Positions 29,092 through 32,000 of a stretch of 32,000 nucleotides of DNA are shown piece by piece. The notes beneath the pieces are model-generated. The model was not told the origin of the DNA, searched no databases, and saw only the letters and a list, made by a program, of their open reading frames with translations. The translations under genes were made by a program, and so were the position numbers. The stretch's first letter is position 1. Every line of letters starts with the position of its first letter. The stretch covers positions 13,397 through 45,396 of the forward strand of contig NZ_LWLG01000017.1 in NCBI RefSeq assembly GCF_001652585.1, given 5' to 3'. The stretch is from Thermosulfurimonas dismutans. GTDB taxonomy: Bacteria; Desulfobacterota; Thermodesulfobacteria; Thermodesulfobacteriales; Thermodesulfobacteriaceae.

Positions 29092-31238
29092 GCAAAGAAA
29101 TAGTAGTAGCGGTGGCCGGCAATCCCAATACCGGAAAGACCACCTTCGTGAATGCCATCGCAGGCACAAGGCTCAAAGTCGGAAATTGGCCCGGGGTCAC
29201 GGTAGAGAAGAAGGAGGCCCGGCTCGAAGTAGGCGATGTAAAGGTTCGCCTGGTGGACCTCCCCGGCACCTACAGCCTAAGTCCCTTCAGTACTGAAGAG
29301 ATTATAGCCCGTGATTTTCTAGTAAAGGAAAGGCCTGATGTAGTGCTGAATGTGGTAGACGCCACCAATCTGGAAAGGAACCTCTATCTTACCCTCCAGC
29401 TCATCGAAACCGGAAGACCCGTAGTATTAGTACTAAACATGTATGACGAGGCCCTAAAAAGAGGGTTGCGAATAGAGGTCGAAAAACTGGAAAAGCTCCT
29501 CGGAATCCCGGTGGTGCCCACAGTGGCGGTAAAGGGCGAAGGGGTGAGAGAGGCCCTTGAGACCGCGGTGAGGATCGCCGGAAGCGTTGCGAAATTGGAC
29601 GGGCACGTAAGCTACGGGGAGGAGGTAGAAAAAGCGATCTCGGAAGTGGAAGACTGGTTGCTTAAAAAAGGATCGGCTGTTCTCGGCAAATATCCGACCC
29701 GATGGCTGGCTATCAAGCTCCTTGAAGGAGACCAGAAGGTCAGCGAGGAGACGGGTATACGAGAGCTTCCCGATCTTCCGATGGTCAAACATCTCCTCTC
29801 GGCCCACGGAGAACTGGGGGAGGTCTTGGCCGAAGTTCGTTACGGTATAGCCTCTGGCATAGTGAGGGAAAGTGTCCATAAAGAGGATGCACGTCCAGAC
29901 CTTTCGGAGAAACTGGATCGCCTTTTTCTTAACCGCTACCTCGGGCTTCCCGTATTTATGGCTATGATGTGGCTACTCTTCAAACTAGCTTTTGATTTGT
30001 CTTCTCCCTTCGTGGACTGGCTCGATGGCCTCGTTGCCGGGGCTTTTACCGAAACCCTGGCCTGGGGCCTTTATAAACTTTCAGCACCCGAATGGTTCCA
30101 ATCACTGGTGCTGGATGGAATAGTCGCGGGAGTAGGCACAGTAGCGGTTTTTCTACCGGTAATCTTTGCCATGATGTTTCTCATCACCTTTCTTGAGGGA
30201 AGTGGATATCTCGCGCGGGCGGCCTTTGTAATGGATCGAGCCATGCATACCGTGGGGCTTCACGGGAAGAGCTTCATCCCGCTCCTTCTCGGCTTTGGTT
30301 GTAATGTACCCGCGGTTTATGCCACCCGAGTGCTCGAATCTCGGAGAGATCGCGTCCTTACGGCCTTCCTCGCTCCGCTCATGTCCTGTGGAGCAAGGCT
30401 TCCCGTATATGTCCTTTTTGCAGGAGCCTTTTTCGGCTCGCGAGCCGGAACGGTAATCTGGTCCCTTTACATGGTTGGGATAGGCGCGGCCCTCCTGCTG
30501 GGGGCCATCCTGCAAAGGCTTCTCTTCCGGGGAGAGGCCACCTTTTTTGTAATGGAACTGCCTCCCTACCGTCTCCCTAGGGCGAAGTATCTCCTGGTTC
30601 ATACTTGGGAGAAGACCCGTCACTTCGTTGTTAAGGCTGGAACTTACATTCTTGCGATGTCTATAGCGGTCTGGTTCCTATTTCATCTCCCACCAGGAGC
30701 GAAAGGGTTAGAGGAATCCTATTTGGGGCGCCTAAGCAAGGCGGTAGCCCCGGTGTTCAGCCCTCTGGGATTCGGTAACTGGGAAGCAGCTGCTTCTCTG
30801 GTTACGGGTTTTCTAGCTAAAGAAGTGGTGGTGAGCACTATGGGTGAAATATACGGCTTGAGCTCAGCGGAAGAAGACGAAATCCCTCAGGAATTCCCAA
30901 GCCATAGTTGGGGCGAGGTCTTCAAGGGATTGCCACTGGCCTTCGTAGAGGCCGGCCGTAATCTTTTGGCCGGGCTTTATCCGGTAAGCCTTGAACCGGA
31001 CGAAGCTGAGGCTTCGCTGCTTTCAAGAATACGAGAAGTCTTCACCCCCCTTTCGGCTTACGCTTTCATGGTTTTTGTCCTGTTATATGTGCCGTGCATG
31101 GTAGTTTTGGCGGCCTTTTATATGGAATTTCGTAGTCTCCGCCTGACAGGGCTTATGTTGATCTCACATTTTGCCCTGGCCTATGGTCTTACTTATTTCC
31201 TCTACCAGGCCGGGAAACTTCTCGGATATGGGGGTTAA
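29088..31238 (+). CDS. feoB: Ferrous iron transporter FeoB (G-domain plus permease)
   Basis: The G-domain motifs are GNPNTGKTT (G1), DLPGTYSL (G3) and NMYD (G4). The polytopic C-terminal domain has gate motifs. The product is 716 aa. Confidence 0.93.
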   Translation: MSKEIVVAVAGNPNTGKTTFVNAIAGTRLKVGNWPGVTVEKKEARLEVGDVKVRLVDLPGTYSLSPFSTEEIIARDFLVKERPDVVLNVVDATNLERNLYLTLQLIETGRPVVLVLNMYDEALKRGLRIEVEKLEKLLGIPVVPTVAVKGEGVREALETAVRIAGSVAKLDGHVSYGEEVEKAISEVEDWLLKKGSAVLGKYPTRWLAIKLLEGDQKVSEETGIRELPDLPMVKHLLSAHGELGEVLAEVRYGIASGIVRESVHKEDARPDLSEKLDRLFLNRYLGLPVFMAMMWLLFKLAFDLSSPFVDWLDGLVAGAFTETLAWGLYKLSAPEWFQSLVLDGIVAGVGTVAVFLPVIFAMMFLITFLEGSGYLARAAFVMDRAMHTVGLHGKSFIPLLLGFGCNVPAVYATRVLESRRDRVLTAFLAPLMSCGARLPVYVLFAGAFFGSRAGTVIWSLYMVGIGAALLLGAILQRLLFRGEATFFVMELPPYRLPRAKYLLVHTWEKTRHFVVKAGTYILAMSIAVWFLFHLPPGAKGLEESYLGRLSKAVAPVFSPLGFGNWEAAASLVTGFLAKEVVVSTMGEIYGLSSAEEDEIPQEFPSHSWGEVFKGLPLAFVEAGRNLLAGLYPVSLEPDEAEASLLSRIREVFTPLSAYAFMVFVLLYVPCMVVLAAFYMEFRSLRLTGLMLISHFALAYGLTYFLYQAGKLLGYGG

Positions 31239-31241
31239 GGC

Positions 31242-31388
31242 ATGGGGACTATGGACGCTGTTTTCGGGGTTATCGTAGCAACTGGTTTGTGGCTTTTGGG
31301 ACGAAAGATCCGGCGGTTTTTACGCGAGGGTGGTCCGTGTTGCGGTTGCTCCGCCAAAAATTGTCCGGCTAAAACCCAAAAACCTTAA
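31242..31388 (+). CDS. FeoB-associated Cys-rich small membrane protein (48 aa; not in the ORF track)
   Basis: The product is MGTMDAVFGVIVATGLWLLGRKIRRFLREGGPCCGCSAKNCPAKTQKP. It has one TM helix and then a CCGC...C cluster, the typical architecture and position (directly after feoB) of this family. Confidence 0.6.
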   Translation: MGTMDAVFGVIVATGLWLLGRKIRRFLREGGPCCGCSAKNCPAKTQKP

Positions 31389-31449
31389 ATTTTTTTGTCT
31401 ATTTAATGAGAAAGAAAATCAATAAAAATAAAAAAGGAGGAGGTATAAG

Positions 31450-32000
31450 ATGAACCAGAGGAAAAGTAATATCTTGGCAATGGTTATAGGGTTGACGGTG
31501 ATTTTTTGGCTGGGTTTTACGGGGAAGGTTTTAGCCATCTCCCCGGAGGTGGAGGAGTTGAAACAGATGTTGCGGCAGGTGATAGAGGAGAACCGGAGGC
31601 TTTCGCAGAGGGTATCCGAGCTTGAAAGACGTCTTGCGGAATACGAAAGGGTGGAGCGGCCGGCCGTAGAAGTGGAAACCTCCGAAACCGGAGATAAGTG
31701 GTACGACCGGATTGAGGTTGGTCTTACGGCTGCGGGTCTGGTGCAGGGCCTCGTGGGGGTGGACAAGCACCTGGCCAACATCCATGCGCATGCCGGAAGA
31801 GAGCCTCAAGGGCAGTCGGACATAGTCATGCGAGATGAAGACAAGACCTATGCGGCCGCGGCGGTGGATCTTGAGCTTTCTACGGAGTTTTCGGAGAGGG
31901 ATCGGGCCTACGTGCTTCTGGAGATGGGTTCGGGCAAGAATCCGGACTCCGAGGTGCCATCGTTTTCCGGGATAGTGGACGAGGCCTTGTCCATGGTCCC
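31450..32000 (+). CDS. Secreted coiled-coil/porin-like outer-membrane protein (OprB-type guess), 3' end outside the window; not in the ORF track
   Basis: The ATG at 31450 follows AAAAGGAGGAGG. A signal peptide (NILAMVIGLTVIFWLGFTGKVLA) is followed by a heptad-like segment (EVEELKQMLRQVIEENRRLSQRVSELERRLAEYE). Then comes WYDRIEVGLTAAGLVQG, resembling the start of a beta-barrel. The frame stays open to the window end. Confidence 0.5.
   Translation, partial: MNQRKSNILAMVIGLTVIFWLGFTGKVLAISPEVEELKQMLRQVIEENRRLSQRVSELERRLAEYERVERPAVEVETSETGDKWYDRIEVGLTAAGLVQGLVGVDKHLANIHAHAGREPQGQSDIVMRDEDKTYAAAAVDLELSTEFSERDRAYVLLEMGSGKNPDSEVPSFSGIVDEALSMV

Noticed and set aside
31419-31809. Minus-strand ORFs 31419-31781 and 31531-31809
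   Set aside because: They are antisense to a plus-strand gene that has a strong RBS, a signal peptide and a coiled-coil. Their translations are Ser/Arg/Pro/Thr-rich with no start context.

Overview
The window looks like it comes from a moderately GC-rich bacterium, probably a thermophilic anaerobe judging by the Glu/Lys/Arg-rich proteins. The taxon cannot be determined from this sequence alone. It splits into four blocks. (1) 1-4962 is an integron. A very AT-rich array of at least 4 complete gene cassettes lies on the minus strand, each ending in a ~60 bp attC of one homogeneous family. An attI/Pc region and a divergent intI follow; intI appears to have lost its IntI-specific insertion domain in frame. 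Cassette cargo is dominated by predicted RNase folds (one NYN, two or three HEPN-like with R-x4-5-H motifs), so these are candidate uncharacterised toxin/anti-phage effectors. (2) 4979-7200 is a decayed junction: a small membrane protein, a degraded ABC-ATPase pseudogene, an orphan ORF, tRNA-Lys(UUU), and an intact IS4/IS5-superfamily IS with 15 bp inverted repeats and an 11 bp target duplication. (3) 7200-25870 is a metal/tetrapyrrole acquisition region. It starts with a TonB-dependent receptor and three AT-rich periplasmic genes whose predicted mature N-termini are all His. A translationally coupled 9-gene, 13 kb minus-strand operon follows: TonB-dependent receptor, FmdE-like, CooC-like, BtuF/C/D-like ABC importer, then CobN-ChlD-ChlI class I chelatase. 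It ends with exbB-exbD-tonB. (4) 25980-32000 holds an octahaem c-type cytochrome gene interrupted by a single in-frame TGA, which is followed 17 nt later by a hairpin closely resembling the E. coli fdhF SECIS. This makes it a candidate selenocysteine octahaem cytochrome. A cytochrome b partner follows, then feoA(variant)-feoA-feoB, a Cys-rich FeoB-associated peptide and the start of a porin-like gene. Most other listed ORFs are antisense shadow ORFs.
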